DNA of 64,000 bases from assembly GCA_016931255.1 (NCBI GenBank), contig JAFGFG010000009.1, positions 91,627-155,626 of the forward strand. The letters run 5' to 3'. Below the pieces are notes generated by a model, which was given only the letters and a program-made list of their open reading frames with translations, ran no database searches and was not told the origin of the DNA. This document shows positions 17,900 to 27,392 of the stretch, piece after piece (positions within the stretch are counted from its first letter, which is position 1; every line of letters begins with the position of its first letter). This DNA comes from Candidatus Aenigmatarchaeota archaeon (GTDB lineage Archaea; Aenigmatarchaeota; Aenigmatarchaeia; QMZP01; JAFGSV01). The translations under genes and the position numbers were made by a program.

Positions 17900-18598
17900 T
17901 TAGCTGGATTTCGGCTTGCTTTTATTGACAGTCTTTTTTGGCACTGCGTTATTCTTGGGTTCTTTGTTCTTGAATTCAACATCTTCTATTCCCTTGGACC
18001 ACTTCTTGATAGTCTCTGAGACGAGCCTTTCAATGAAGTTGTTGAGCTTCTTCTCAGTTGTTATTGACACATTTTTCCCGGTGACTGACACAGAACATTC
18101 TACGCTGTAGTAGTCCATGAGTGCATGCACCCTTTCTGAAACATCCTTGACTTCACTTGTTATTTCCACATCGTAGAGCAATTCTTTTCCTGTCAGGGGG
18201 TGGTTGTAGTCCACTGTCACCCTGCCGCCTGAGACCGAAAGAACCTTGCACTGCCTGTTGTCAACATGTATTGGCAAACCCGGAAACGGAGATATATTCT
18301 TCTCAATAAACTTTGTCATCGGGACCACCTTCAGAAGCTCCCGTCTCTTGGGACCGAAGGCATCTTTTGGAAGTACATTGAATACTTTCCTGTCACCCAC
18401 CTTCATTTCTATGAGGTGTTTCTCAACTCCGGGAAGAATGAAACCGGCACCGAGTATGACGAGAGTCGGGCCGTATTTCTTCTTCTCGTCGAAGACCCCG
18501 TACTTCTTCGCATCATCAGTCCGTGTTACACCGAATACCTCGTCAGTTGCTTTGACTTTTTCCAGTGTATGGACCTTTATCCAGTCACCCTTGTTCAT
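17900..18598 (-). CDS. FKBP-type peptidyl-prolyl cis-trans isomerase (SlyD-like long form with IF insert)
   Basis: FKBP motifs GDRKVFNVLPKDAFG ... VDYNHPLTGKELLYDVEI. C-terminal Lys-rich tail. Confidence 0.85.
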   Translation of the reverse strand: MNKGDWIKVHTLEKVKATDEVFGVTRTDDAKKYGVFDEKKKYGPTLVILGAGFILPGVEKHLIEMKVGDRKVFNVLPKDAFGPKRRELLKVVPMTKFIEKNISPFPGLPIHVDNRQCKVLSVSGGRVTVDYNHPLTGKELLYDVEITSEVKDVSERVHALMDYYSVECSVSVTGKNVSITTEKKLNNFIERLVSETIKKWSKGIEDVEFKNKEPKNNAVPKKTVNKSKPKSS

Positions 18599-19635
18599 GA
18601 GATTAATCTTGAAACGCCTGCTTTAAAAGTGTTTTCCTTTTTGAAACTGAACTTTATGCCGTATATCCATGATGCCGTTATTCCCACAATGGTCACGACC
18701 CAGTAGCTGGCAAATCTCCAGAGCAGGATTCCGCTGGCTGCCTGCGCGAACGGAACTCCCAGCATTCCGAGAACCAATATGGTGGAAGACTCGTATGCAA
18801 GAATTCCCCCAGGAAGCAGCGGCACATTCCCGGCCATTATGCCGACGCCCAGAACCACGGCGCATGTGTATATGTCAATGTTTACGCCGAGCGCATTGAA
18901 AATTATGTATATGGTTACGACCTCGATTGATCTTTCGAATGCAGCTATGAGCAGGCTTTTTCCCATGAGTTCTTTTCTCCTGAAAGACCTCTTCATGTTG
19001 TCCCTGAATCTGAGCATCTCGTGGGGAAGTCCCTTGGCGCTCTTCACCCTGAACCTCTTCAGCAGCCCGGATATCTTCCAGGCTACATACACGAGCGCCC
19101 TTTCGTCATAAAGCGTATAGAGTCCTATGGTCAGAGGAACAAGCACTACTGTAAGTATCATCCATAGCGTGAACCAGTCGAATATACTGAGCATGGCGAG
19201 GCTTACAGCTGAAAGGTAAACAAGGCCGATAAGGCTTATGAGCGTTATAAGCGAATCCATCGCAAGGCTGGCGAATATCTTTCTTTTCGGCGCTGATATC
19301 TTCTTCGAAAGCATGTATCCCTTCACAGGCTCACCACCGAACCTTACCATTGGGGTGAGATTGTTGAACACTGTGCCGAGCAGTGCGTACTTGAACACCA
19401 CCGAGTGCTTGACATCCACATCAACACTCTGAAGCAGTATCTTCCACCTGAAGCTGTACGCTATGATAACGCTGAACGGGAGAAAAAGTATGAAAGGTAT
19501 GAATACAGGATGAAGTCCGCTGAGAACACCCCAAACCTCACCGAACCCCACCATCTGCTGCAGCAATATGCCTAATGCAATAATGCTTCCTACAAGCATG
19601 AGCGCGATTTTATTCATAATAATATAAGTGGCCAA
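18595..19635 (-). CDS. polytopic membrane protein, flippase-like / LPG-synthase-TM (UPF0104) family
   Basis: 346 aa with about 8 hydrophobic helices. The family assignment is from general sequence character only. Confidence 0.5.
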   Translation of the reverse strand: MATYIIMNKIALMLVGSIIALGILLQQMVGFGEVWGVLSGLHPVFIPFILFLPFSVIIAYSFRWKILLQSVDVDVKHSVVFKYALLGTVFNNLTPMVRFGGEPVKGYMLSKKISAPKRKIFASLAMDSLITLISLIGLVYLSAVSLAMLSIFDWFTLWMILTVVLVPLTIGLYTLYDERALVYVAWKISGLLKRFRVKSAKGLPHEMLRFRDNMKRSFRRKELMGKSLLIAAFERSIEVVTIYIIFNALGVNIDIYTCAVVLGVGIMAGNVPLLPGGILAYESSTILVLGMLGVPFAQAASGILLWRFASYWVVTIVGITASWIYGIKFSFKKENTFKAGVSRLIS

Positions 19636-19652
19636 AACCCTATAATAGACTT

Positions 19653-20374
19653 ATGCTGGGCGTACTGCTTTCAATCTTCGCTTCTCTGCTGATTGGCACA
19701 TCAGCAACCATGCAGAAATACAGCCTGCGGAGAATAAGGAAATTCCGGTTCAGGAGGATTTTCTCAAACAGGCTATGGATAATATCGATTTTGATAGGTG
19801 CCTCAGGAACGCTGATGTACCTCTTCGCCATGCGTCTCAGCCCAATCCACATAGTCCAGCCGATAATAGCAGTGTCCATGCTGATACCCGTTATACTTGG
19901 AAACATTTTATTTGGTGAAAAAATAGGAAACCGGTGGTTCCATATAATTATAATATTCATAGGAGTGTGGCTGATATCAGTGTGAATTTTCAGGCAGCTT
20001 TCAATGCAGGGATTGCGCTCGGGCTGTCAGGGCTTTTTGTTAGGATTGGTACAACAGGCATACCTCTGGACATCGCATTTCTCATTACATTCTTCATGAA
20101 CCCCTTCTCATTCTTTGCTGCACTGTTTGGAATATACGGTCTGGTGTATCTTCAGATAGCCCTCTACAAAAACGAGATAACATTCGTAGTCCCTCTCGTT
20201 TCAGCACTCTCTGTTGCCACACCGATAATACTTGCCGCGATATTTCTGAAAGAATACGTGCCTGCAATGAAATGGTTTGGACTTCTGCTGATACTCATAG
20301 GCACAGTTGGCATGACAAGGGACGGAAAGAAAAGCCTTCTGGGAGCCATAGCAATGAAACTCAGAAAACGCTAG
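19653..20374 (+). pseudogene. EamA/DMT-family transporter split by an apparent 1-nt frameshift near 19975-19985 (alternatively two half-size EamA genes)
   Basis: ORFs 19653..19985 and 19934..20374 each look like one EamA 4-5 TM half. Both frames read ...ISV... over the same nucleotides (atatcagtgtg). Joining gives a seamless ...GVWLISVNFQAAFNAGIALG... Confidence 0.45.
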
Positions 20375-23058
20375 CTCACTTCTATCCCAGGCTTCCCGGG
20401 CATTGCCTGCACAGCCTTATTGGAGAATGAATTCTCCGCAGTTTCTATCACAACAGAGCACGAGAATTCGCTTTCCAGTGACGGCTTCATTTCATTCATC
20501 AGTGATTTCTCTGTCTTCTGGCCAAGCAGAACCGAAGGCATCCTTTCAGGATTCTTCACAAAGATGGGAACAAGCCTGCTGACATCTTTACCGTAAGGCC
20601 TGAACCTGCCTTCGGACATCAAAACTTTCATTATTTCACCCGGGTTGCGTGTCTTTTCCATGTGTTCTTTCACCTTCTCAACGAATAGGTATTTCCACTC
20701 CGGTGAAATTATGATGCTTATTTTTGACGGCTTCATATTCGCGAGCCTTATCACATGGTCTATGTCGGACCCGAGCTGTGTCATCATGGCTTCCATTGCA
20801 AGAGCTTTCTTGTCTATCTTTTTTGCCTTAGGCCATTCTGATGAAGAGACGAATCCCTTCTCCCCGAGCTTTGACCACAGCTCCTCTGCTGCATGCGGAC
20901 CGAACGGAGACAGCAGCTGCACAAGGGATTTGAGTGAGTGCTTGAGCAGCTTCCTGTTGATGTCACCCTTTGTATATGAATATAGATAATTCACGAATTC
21001 GAGTATGGTTCCCAGAGCAAGGTTAAACTGGAAATCCTCTATCTGCCTGCTCACATTGCTTATTGTGAGGGATGTCTTTGCTTCCAGTATCCTGTCCCTC
21101 ACTGAAGTTGCTTTGTAAGGGCCCTCTTCTGTGTTCTTGATGTTTTCTGTCACTAGCTTGAACAGCCTTGAAAGGAATCTGTGCGTTCCCTGAATACCAT
21201 TGTCGTCCCATTCAAGCTGGCTCTCGGGACTGGCAACAAAAAGCAGGAACATCCGTGCTGTATCTATGCCGTATTTCTTTGACACTTCCTCCTGAGTGAC
21301 AGCGTTGCCGAATGACTTGCTCATTTTGTGACCGTTCCTGTACACTATGCCCTGGTTGAACAGTTTCAGGAATGGCTCCCCGAAACTCAGGAGACCAAGG
21401 TCTCTCAGAACCTTTGTGAAGAATCTTGCATAAAGAAGGTGCATGACGGCGTGCTCAGCTCCTCCTATGTACTGGTCCACGGGCATCCAGTATCTGATTG
21501 CCTTTTCGTCGAACATTTTGCTGGATTTGGGGTTGCAGTACCTCAGGAAGTACCATGACGAGTCCACGAACGTGTCCATCGTGTCTGTTTCCCTTTTTGC
21601 CTTCCCGCTGCATTTCGGGCATTTGCAGTTGACGAATTTATCTGAAGCTTTCAGAGGGTTTCCCTCTCCTGTAAACCTGACGTCTGTCGGAAGTATGACA
21701 GGAAGGTCTTTCTCCCTGACAGGCTGTATTCCGCATTTATCACAGTAAACCACCGGTATAGGGGTTCCCCAGTATCTCTGCCTTGATATTCCCCAGTCAC
21801 GTATCTTGTAGTTGACAACTTTTTTGCCCATTTTGTTTTTCTCAATCCATTCAGCCATCTTCGGAAGTGCTTCCCTGTTGTTCATGGAACTGAACTTACC
21901 TGAATTGAAAAGTATTCCGTCATCAGTGAATGCGTCCTCGAAGTCCTTCGGGTCTATGGGATTTCCATTGCCGCTTATCACGAACTTGAGGGGTATGTTG
22001 TATTTTCTTGCGAACCGGAAGTCTCTCTTGTCATGTGCATCGCACATCACAATCCCGCTCCCGTACATCAGCGCGAAGTTGGAAACATAAATTGGAACCC
22101 TTTCACCGTTCACTGGATTTATCGCATACTTGCCAGTGAACACGCCTGCCTTTTCCTTCTCCTCATTGGTCCTGTCTATGATGCTCTCCTTCTTCACCTT
22201 CTTTATGAAATCGCTAACCTCCTTCTCTTTTCCCGTTCCCTTTACGAGTTTCTCAATCATCGGGTGCTCCGGAGCCACTGCTATGAAAGTAACGCTGAAA
22301 ACTGTATCGCATCTTGTTGTGAATGTCGGAAGGACTGTTTCGGTTCCCTCAAGCCTGAAGTGTATGTCAACCCCATGACTTTTTCCTATCCAGTTCTCCT
22401 GCATAAGCTTTATTTTCTCAGGCCATCCTTCCAGCTTCTTGAGGCCGTCAAGGAGTTCGTCTGCGTAATCAGTTATCCTGAAGAACCACTGCTCTATCTT
22501 CTTTTCCTCCACATCGCTGCCGCATCTCCAGCAGCGGCCATTTTCAACCTGCTCGTTTGCCAGGACAGTATTGCAGTCAGGACACCAGTTCACAGGGGAT
22601 TCTTTCTTGTATACGAGCCCTTTTTCAAGAGCCTTCAGGAAAAACCACTGGTTCCATTTGTAGTATTCCGGGTAGCATGTCGCTATTTCCTTTTCCCAGT
22701 CATACGACAGGCCGAGAGCCATCTGGTTCTTCTTTATGCCTTCTATGGCATCTTCAGTGTACTTCTTCGGATGTGTCTTGTGCTTTATCGCAGCGTTCTC
22801 CGCGGGAAGCCCGAATGCGTCGTAGCCCATGGGGTACAGGACATTGAATCCGTTCATCCTCTTGTAGCGTGCCACTGCATCACCCATTGAGTAGTTCCTT
22901 ATGTGTCCCATGTGGAGTCCCGCTGCGCTCGGGTAAGGAAACATCTCCAGTACATAGTATTTCTTTTTCTTAGGATTCTTCCCTGTTCTGAAGATTTCGG
23001 CTTCTTTCCATTTCTTCTGCCATTTCTTTTCCATGCTGCTGAAATCTGTTTTGGCCAT
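20371..23058 (-). CDS. leuS: leucyl-tRNA synthetase
   Basis: 895 aa. HIGH motif (AAGLHMGHIRNY), KMSKS (HKMSKSFGN), archaeal-type CP1 editing insert. Confidence 0.95.
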   Translation of the reverse strand: MAKTDFSSMEKKWQKKWKEAEIFRTGKNPKKKKYYVLEMFPYPSAAGLHMGHIRNYSMGDAVARYKRMNGFNVLYPMGYDAFGLPAENAAIKHKTHPKKYTEDAIEGIKKNQMALGLSYDWEKEIATCYPEYYKWNQWFFLKALEKGLVYKKESPVNWCPDCNTVLANEQVENGRCWRCGSDVEEKKIEQWFFRITDYADELLDGLKKLEGWPEKIKLMQENWIGKSHGVDIHFRLEGTETVLPTFTTRCDTVFSVTFIAVAPEHPMIEKLVKGTGKEKEVSDFIKKVKKESIIDRTNEEKEKAGVFTGKYAINPVNGERVPIYVSNFALMYGSGIVMCDAHDKRDFRFARKYNIPLKFVISGNGNPIDPKDFEDAFTDDGILFNSGKFSSMNNREALPKMAEWIEKNKMGKKVVNYKIRDWGISRQRYWGTPIPVVYCDKCGIQPVREKDLPVILPTDVRFTGEGNPLKASDKFVNCKCPKCSGKAKRETDTMDTFVDSSWYFLRYCNPKSSKMFDEKAIRYWMPVDQYIGGAEHAVMHLLYARFFTKVLRDLGLLSFGEPFLKLFNQGIVYRNGHKMSKSFGNAVTQEEVSKKYGIDTARMFLLFVASPESQLEWDDNGIQGTHRFLSRLFKLVTENIKNTEEGPYKATSVRDRILEAKTSLTISNVSRQIEDFQFNLALGTILEFVNYLYSYTKGDINRKLLKHSLKSLVQLLSPFGPHAAEELWSKLGEKGFVSSSEWPKAKKIDKKALAMEAMMTQLGSDIDHVIRLANMKPSKISIIISPEWKYLFVEKVKEHMEKTRNPGEIMKVLMSEGRFRPYGKDVSRLVPIFVKNPERMPSVLLGQKTEKSLMNEMKPSLESEFSCSVVIETAENSFSNKAVQAMPGKPGIEVS

Positions 23059-23079
23059 AATAACTATTCGAACAGGTCA

Positions 23080-23092
23080 AAATATAAATTTT
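23080..23092 (+). promoter_or_regulatory. putative TATA element for tRNA-Arg(TCT)
   Basis: AAATATAAATTTT centred about 32 nt upstream of the tRNA 5' end. Confidence 0.35.
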
Positions 23093-23117
23093 AGAACCGC
23101 ATTAATCATAGAAGGTT

Positions 23118-23244
23118 GCCCCAGTAGCCTAGTTTGGATAAGGCGTCGGCCTTCTAGTCTCAGGCTAGAAGGTTCGAGGTTTCGTGAAACGGACCAGTGA
23201 GAGAAGACAGCCGAAGATCGGGGGTTCAAATCCCTCCTGGGGCA
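23118..23244 (+). tRNA. tRNA-Arg(TCT) with about 52-nt canonical intron (37/38; intron about 23157..23208)
   Basis: Acceptor GCCCCAG pairs with CTGGGGC, discriminator A. D-arm GCCT/AGTTTGGATA/AGGC. Anticodon stem TCGGC pairs 5/5 with GCCGA across the insert. Loop CTTCTA|intron|A gives TCT. T-arm GGGGG/TTCAAAT/CCCTC. ORF-track ORFs 23077..23361(-) and 23165..23380(-) overlap it and are spurious. Confidence 0.75.
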
Positions 23245-23257
23245 TAAAGGAACCGCT

Positions 23258-23782
23258 ATGGTTTTCAAACTGGTAAGGTCTGGAAAGAGAATAAGGGAGC
23301 TTGTTCTCGGGATTGAGAATGATGCAGAGCTCGGAAAATACATCGATAAAAGGAAAAACACCCGAAGGCACTCCCTTCATGAAGACATTGAAATCATCAA
23401 CAAGTACATAGATTACATCAGGTTCTCAAGACCCGCATCACTGTCTCATGAGTCACCACCTGTGAATGAGAAGGATGCTGAAGACAATATACAGTCAAGG
23501 GGGAGAACAAAATTCCCTTTCGCAGCCGCCAGTGACGTTATTTCCAATCCTGCCAGATGGTCCGGGAATCATGTGATAATAGACGGCTCACTTCAGTTCG
23601 TGAGCTCCAATGAAAGGGGCGAGCACTGGCACAGGTTCAGCGACGGGACAGGCACCCTGATAGCTGTCGGGAAGGAGAATCTCAATGGCAGGAGCGGCAC
23701 GCTTTTCGGGGTTGCGAGGCAGACGCCTGTCGGAAAGCAGCTTTTTGTTGAAATCAGGAACTTCCATCCCCAGCAAATCTAA
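23258..23782 (+). CDS. hypothetical protein with C-terminal OB-fold-like domain
   Basis: 174 aa. The C-terminal segment (VIIDGSLQFVSSNERGEHWHRFSDGTGTLIAVGKEN...LFVEIRNF) looks like a nucleic-acid-binding OB barrel. Confidence 0.4.
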   Translation: MVFKLVRSGKRIRELVLGIENDAELGKYIDKRKNTRRHSLHEDIEIINKYIDYIRFSRPASLSHESPPVNEKDAEDNIQSRGRTKFPFAAASDVISNPARWSGNHVIIDGSLQFVSSNERGEHWHRFSDGTGTLIAVGKENLNGRSGTLFGVARQTPVGKQLFVEIRNFHPQQI

Positions 23783-23807
23783 TTATATACGAATGTAATA
23801 TTTTATT

Positions 23808-25436
23808 ATGGCTGAAAACAGACTGTGTTTATCACTATTCTTGCTGATAGCCGTCTCGGTTATGGTTTCAGCCGTTCATGATGTTTCTGCAGAAGATACG
23901 ACGGCTTCTTACACAAACATGACAATTGATGAGCTTGAAGGTCTGTATAATTATCACACAGAATATGCCGATATGATAATGACGTACATACAGCTTCCTT
24001 CTGATCAACGACCTAGTGAATTCAGGGACAAAACCATATATGAGCTTTACAGAATATATGAATTCCATATAATGGAAGCAGAGAGGATACTGGGAATTAT
24101 AATTTCTATGGATGTGTCTGCTGAATACTGCGGAAACAATATGTGCAGCCCAGATGAATCCTGTCAGACCTGCCCTGAAGACTGCGGAGAATGTGCACCC
24201 CTGACTGACGCAACAGATGGAAGTAATGTTTCTGACTGGTACAATAACCTGACTTTGGTGATAACTGCGCCCGGCGAGACTGCGAACACAGAAACCGGCG
24301 ATGAAACGATAACAGAGAATGAAACGCCTGTTACTGAACCTGAAGAGGTCGTTGCCACGGAAGATGCGAATACATCAGCGGATTTGGAGGCTAATGCATC
24401 TCTCTACAATATAACAGGCGTGATTGCGGCAAGGACGCCTGACTATATAGAATACATGAGAAATGTGCTGAGCCAGGTCAAAGAGGATGAATGGAAGAAA
24501 TATGAGAGTTATTCCGCTTACAGGGAAGCGATAGGCCAGCAATATGAAAATCCGGCAATAACCAGAAGGAGAGATATCAGAATGGAAGAGGTGCTCATAG
24601 ATAGGATAAGCGCGGGCATGGCTGTCAGGATTGATATGAAAAAACCTCTGATGTCTGACACTCAGAATTATTCAGAAGATGGTATCCCAGTTGAAGCGGA
24701 TATACCTGTGACATTTGTTGATTTTTCAGTGAATAATGATGTAGAAAGGGTGGAGCTTCGCATAGGGAAGATTGACAGTTCACCGACTTCAGAAGATGGG
24801 CTGGCAAATTCTGTGTATGAGTACGTTGAGATAGAGAAAACAGGCATTATGGATGATGACATAGACGATGTGGGAATAGGATTCAAAGTCAGGAAGTCGT
24901 GGATAGACGGGAATCATATAAACACAAGTGAGATGGCGCTCTTCCGTCTCGTCGGAGAGAATTGGACAGAGCTTCCGACAAGAATAGTATCCGAGGATTC
25001 TGAAAATGTGTATTACGAAGCGCAGTCAGATGGTTTCTCGTATTTCGCAATAGGCATAACTGCAGCTGTGCTCTCCCCTGTCATCATAGACATGCCTGAC
25101 CCGGCGAAGGGTGCTGGCGTAGGAGAAGAAGACAACATAGTCAGCATAAGGTTCAGCTGGATTCTTGTTCTTATAATCATAGCTTTCATAGTCATACTGA
25201 AATACGCTTACATATCCCGGAAGGTTAAGGATATTTTCCACAGGGAAAGCGAGGGGGAGCTCCAGAAGATGATTGACGAGTTCAGCCGCCAGAGAAAAGA
25301 GGCGCTGAACCAGTATTACAGACGTGAGATAACCAACGAGCAGATGAACCAGATAATCAACGGTATTAAGGAGAAGGAGTTCGGCGTCCAGATGCGCATG
25401 AAAAAGCTGAAAGAGAAATCAGGCGGCATCCAGTAG
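23808..25436 (+). CDS. secreted, C-terminally membrane-anchored surface protein (Cys-rich module, Thr/Glu-rich linker, PGF-pre-PGF-like domain, coiled-coil cytoplasmic tail)
   Basis: Signal peptide (LSLFLLIAVSVMVSAVHDVSA). CGNNMCSPDESCQTCPEDCGECAP module. EMALFRLVGENWTELPT resembles the PGF-pre-PGF domain. TM segment IRFSWILVLIIIAFIVILKYAY followed by a charged tail. The 3' end overlaps the convergent lysS by 18 nt. Confidence 0.6.
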   Translation: MAENRLCLSLFLLIAVSVMVSAVHDVSAEDTTASYTNMTIDELEGLYNYHTEYADMIMTYIQLPSDQRPSEFRDKTIYELYRIYEFHIMEAERILGIIISMDVSAEYCGNNMCSPDESCQTCPEDCGECAPLTDATDGSNVSDWYNNLTLVITAPGETANTETGDETITENETPVTEPEEVVATEDANTSADLEANASLYNITGVIAARTPDYIEYMRNVLSQVKEDEWKKYESYSAYREAIGQQYENPAITRRRDIRMEEVLIDRISAGMAVRIDMKKPLMSDTQNYSEDGIPVEADIPVTFVDFSVNNDVERVELRIGKIDSSPTSEDGLANSVYEYVEIEKTGIMDDDIDDVGIGFKVRKSWIDGNHINTSEMALFRLVGENWTELPTRIVSEDSENVYYEAQSDGFSYFAIGITAAVLSPVIIDMPDPAKGAGVGEEDNIVSIRFSWILVLIIIAFIVILKYAYISRKVKDIFHRESEGELQKMIDEFSRQRKEALNQYYRREITNEQMNQIINGIKEKEFGVQMRMKKLKEKSGGIQ

Positions 25437-27065
25437 GTCAGCCACCTTCTTCTGGCCTATGCTCATTATGAATGGCGCAAGCCTTGGGCCATAGTCCTTG
25501 TTTATGAGTATGCTGTACATTGCCTGAAAGAAGTCCTTTGGTTTGATTCCACTTTCTTTGCATGTATTGAACAGCACATCAATCATCTCTTTTTCATTGT
25601 ACTCCTTCTTCCTGAGCTTTACGGATACAGTTTTTACCAGCTTTCTCACATCAGGATTGAGCTCTGCTTTTGATTTCTCCTGAAGCTCGAACTTGTATTT
25701 GTCCGGAGCAAGATTCTCTATCCACTGCTTTGCGAAACCGAGCCTGTTTCCTAAATATGAAATATACTCTTTCCCTGGTTTGCCTGATATGTGTCCTGTC
25801 CTCTCCAGTATTTTCAGCGATTCATTCATCTCAGGGGCTATCTGAACTATGGATGATGCAAATGCTAGCGATATCTGCGGAGGAAGGTTCTTTTCAATAT
25901 TACCGATTACGGAGAACTCGTAAATCCTCTTTTCCTGTTCGTAGTCCTTTTCATTCAACTTTTCAGCCTTATGGTAGACCCTCTGTGTTCTGTCGTACCT
26001 GTCATAGAGCAGGACAATGTCATTCTCGTCATACGGGTCGAAGTCAACCCTGGCATGGGGCCTTGTCCTTACGAGAAGGTAACGGAGCATATCTGCCGGG
26101 AGGTAATTTGTCATCTCTGAAAAACCCACACCCATGCCTTTGGATGTTGACATCTTCTTTCCTCCAACTGTGAAGAATTCATATCCTTTTCCGGTTTCCT
26201 TTCTGGTGGAAGGATATGGTGGGGGGAAGTCAAGAACCTCGTCCGCTATTGCAATCGATATGCTCCGGCTTCCTCCTTTGGTGAAGTGGTCCTTTCCTGC
26301 AAGCTCGCAGACAACTCCGACAGTTGGCCATTTGGCTGCCCACTCAGCCTTCCAGGGGAGTTTTCCTCCGCCCCTGTAAGGGGATATCTCGCCTTCATGC
26401 CCGCATCCTTTAGCCCATTTCACGAGATTAGGCTCGCACCTGTATTTGACAACTTCCCTTTCAGCGTCCCATTCATACGCATTGGTTGTCCCTATCTTTC
26501 CGCATTTTTCGCACTGGGGATTGAAGGGCAGCCTGCCAAGAGGCTTTCCGTAGAAGCGTTTGTAAATTTCCTGAATCTTGTGGTTGTTGTCGAGTATCTT
26601 CTTTATGGAAGCATCGAAGTCCCCGTCCCTGTATCGTTTTCCTGTGCTTTCAACTTCTGCCACTATTCCGTATTCATCAAACTTGTCTGTGCAGTCCCTG
26701 AAGTAGTATTCTGCGAATGAATCATAGCCTTTGACAGGGCTCGGTATGTCCATGAAAGGCATGCCGAGATATTTGTCGAATGATTTCGGGATGTCCTTGT
26801 TGGGCTTGTCGTACGGGTCTATGTCATCTGAACTCAGCACGAACTTTGCATTCATCCCTGCATCGCGCATGGCCTTTGCTATCACATCATGTATTATCCA
26901 TCCCCGTCCTGAGCCTATGTGTATCTTTCCGCTGGGGGTCTTCTCGTCATAGACTATGTAGCCTCTTTCTTTCACAATCTTCTTCAGTACAGGATTCTTA
27001 TCGACGTTTTCTTTCACAGCTTTTGCTATCTGGTCTGCCCAGAAGAGTGACTCCTTGTCATCCAT
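25419..27065 (-). CDS. lysK: lysyl-tRNA synthetase, class I (archaeal type)
   Basis: HIGH-type motif (GKIHIGSGRGW), KMSKS-type motif (GGKKMSTSKG), 548 aa. N-terminus LFWADQIAKAV is typical of LysRS-I. Confidence 0.88.
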   Translation of the reverse strand: MDDKESLFWADQIAKAVKENVDKNPVLKKIVKERGYIVYDEKTPSGKIHIGSGRGWIIHDVIAKAMRDAGMNAKFVLSSDDIDPYDKPNKDIPKSFDKYLGMPFMDIPSPVKGYDSFAEYYFRDCTDKFDEYGIVAEVESTGKRYRDGDFDASIKKILDNNHKIQEIYKRFYGKPLGRLPFNPQCEKCGKIGTTNAYEWDAEREVVKYRCEPNLVKWAKGCGHEGEISPYRGGGKLPWKAEWAAKWPTVGVVCELAGKDHFTKGGSRSISIAIADEVLDFPPPYPSTRKETGKGYEFFTVGGKKMSTSKGMGVGFSEMTNYLPADMLRYLLVRTRPHARVDFDPYDENDIVLLYDRYDRTQRVYHKAEKLNEKDYEQEKRIYEFSVIGNIEKNLPPQISLAFASSIVQIAPEMNESLKILERTGHISGKPGKEYISYLGNRLGFAKQWIENLAPDKYKFELQEKSKAELNPDVRKLVKTVSVKLRKKEYNEKEMIDVLFNTCKESGIKPKDFFQAMYSILINKDYGPRLAPFIMSIGQKKVADLLDAA

Positions 27066-27116
27066 AAAATAAAATGAGCCGGGCGGCTTTTAAAAGCGCT
27101 GCGAAAAGAACTCTTT

Positions 27117-27392
27117 ATGCAGGTAAGATTTCATCTTCTCATAAGCGGTTCGGTGCAGGGAGTGGGATTCAGGTCAGCTGTCCATGACATGGCACGTGAA
27201 CTCAATGTGAATGGCTGGGTGCGAAACAGGGAGGACGGTAAGGTTGAGGCTGTTTTCGAGGGAAGCAGGTTTTCCGTATTGGAGATTGTCGATTTCTGTA
27301 GGAAGGGGCCAGCCTGCGCTGAAGTGGATGACATAGAAGTCAAGGAAGAGAAATGCAGTGAAGATTTCTATTCTTTCATGGTAAAGTATTAA
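27117..27392 (+). CDS. acyP: acylphosphatase
   Basis: 91 aa. VQGVGFRSAVHDMARELNVNGWVRNREDGKVEAVFEG matches the acylphosphatase signatures. Confidence 0.82.
   Translation: MQVRFHLLISGSVQGVGFRSAVHDMARELNVNGWVRNREDGKVEAVFEGSRFSVLEIVDFCRKGPACAEVDDIEVKEEKCSEDFYSFMVKY

Noticed and set aside
23077-23380. Minus-strand ORFs 23077..23361 and 23165..23380
   Set aside because: They overlap the well-formed tRNA-Arg(TCT) gene and its intron. No independent support.
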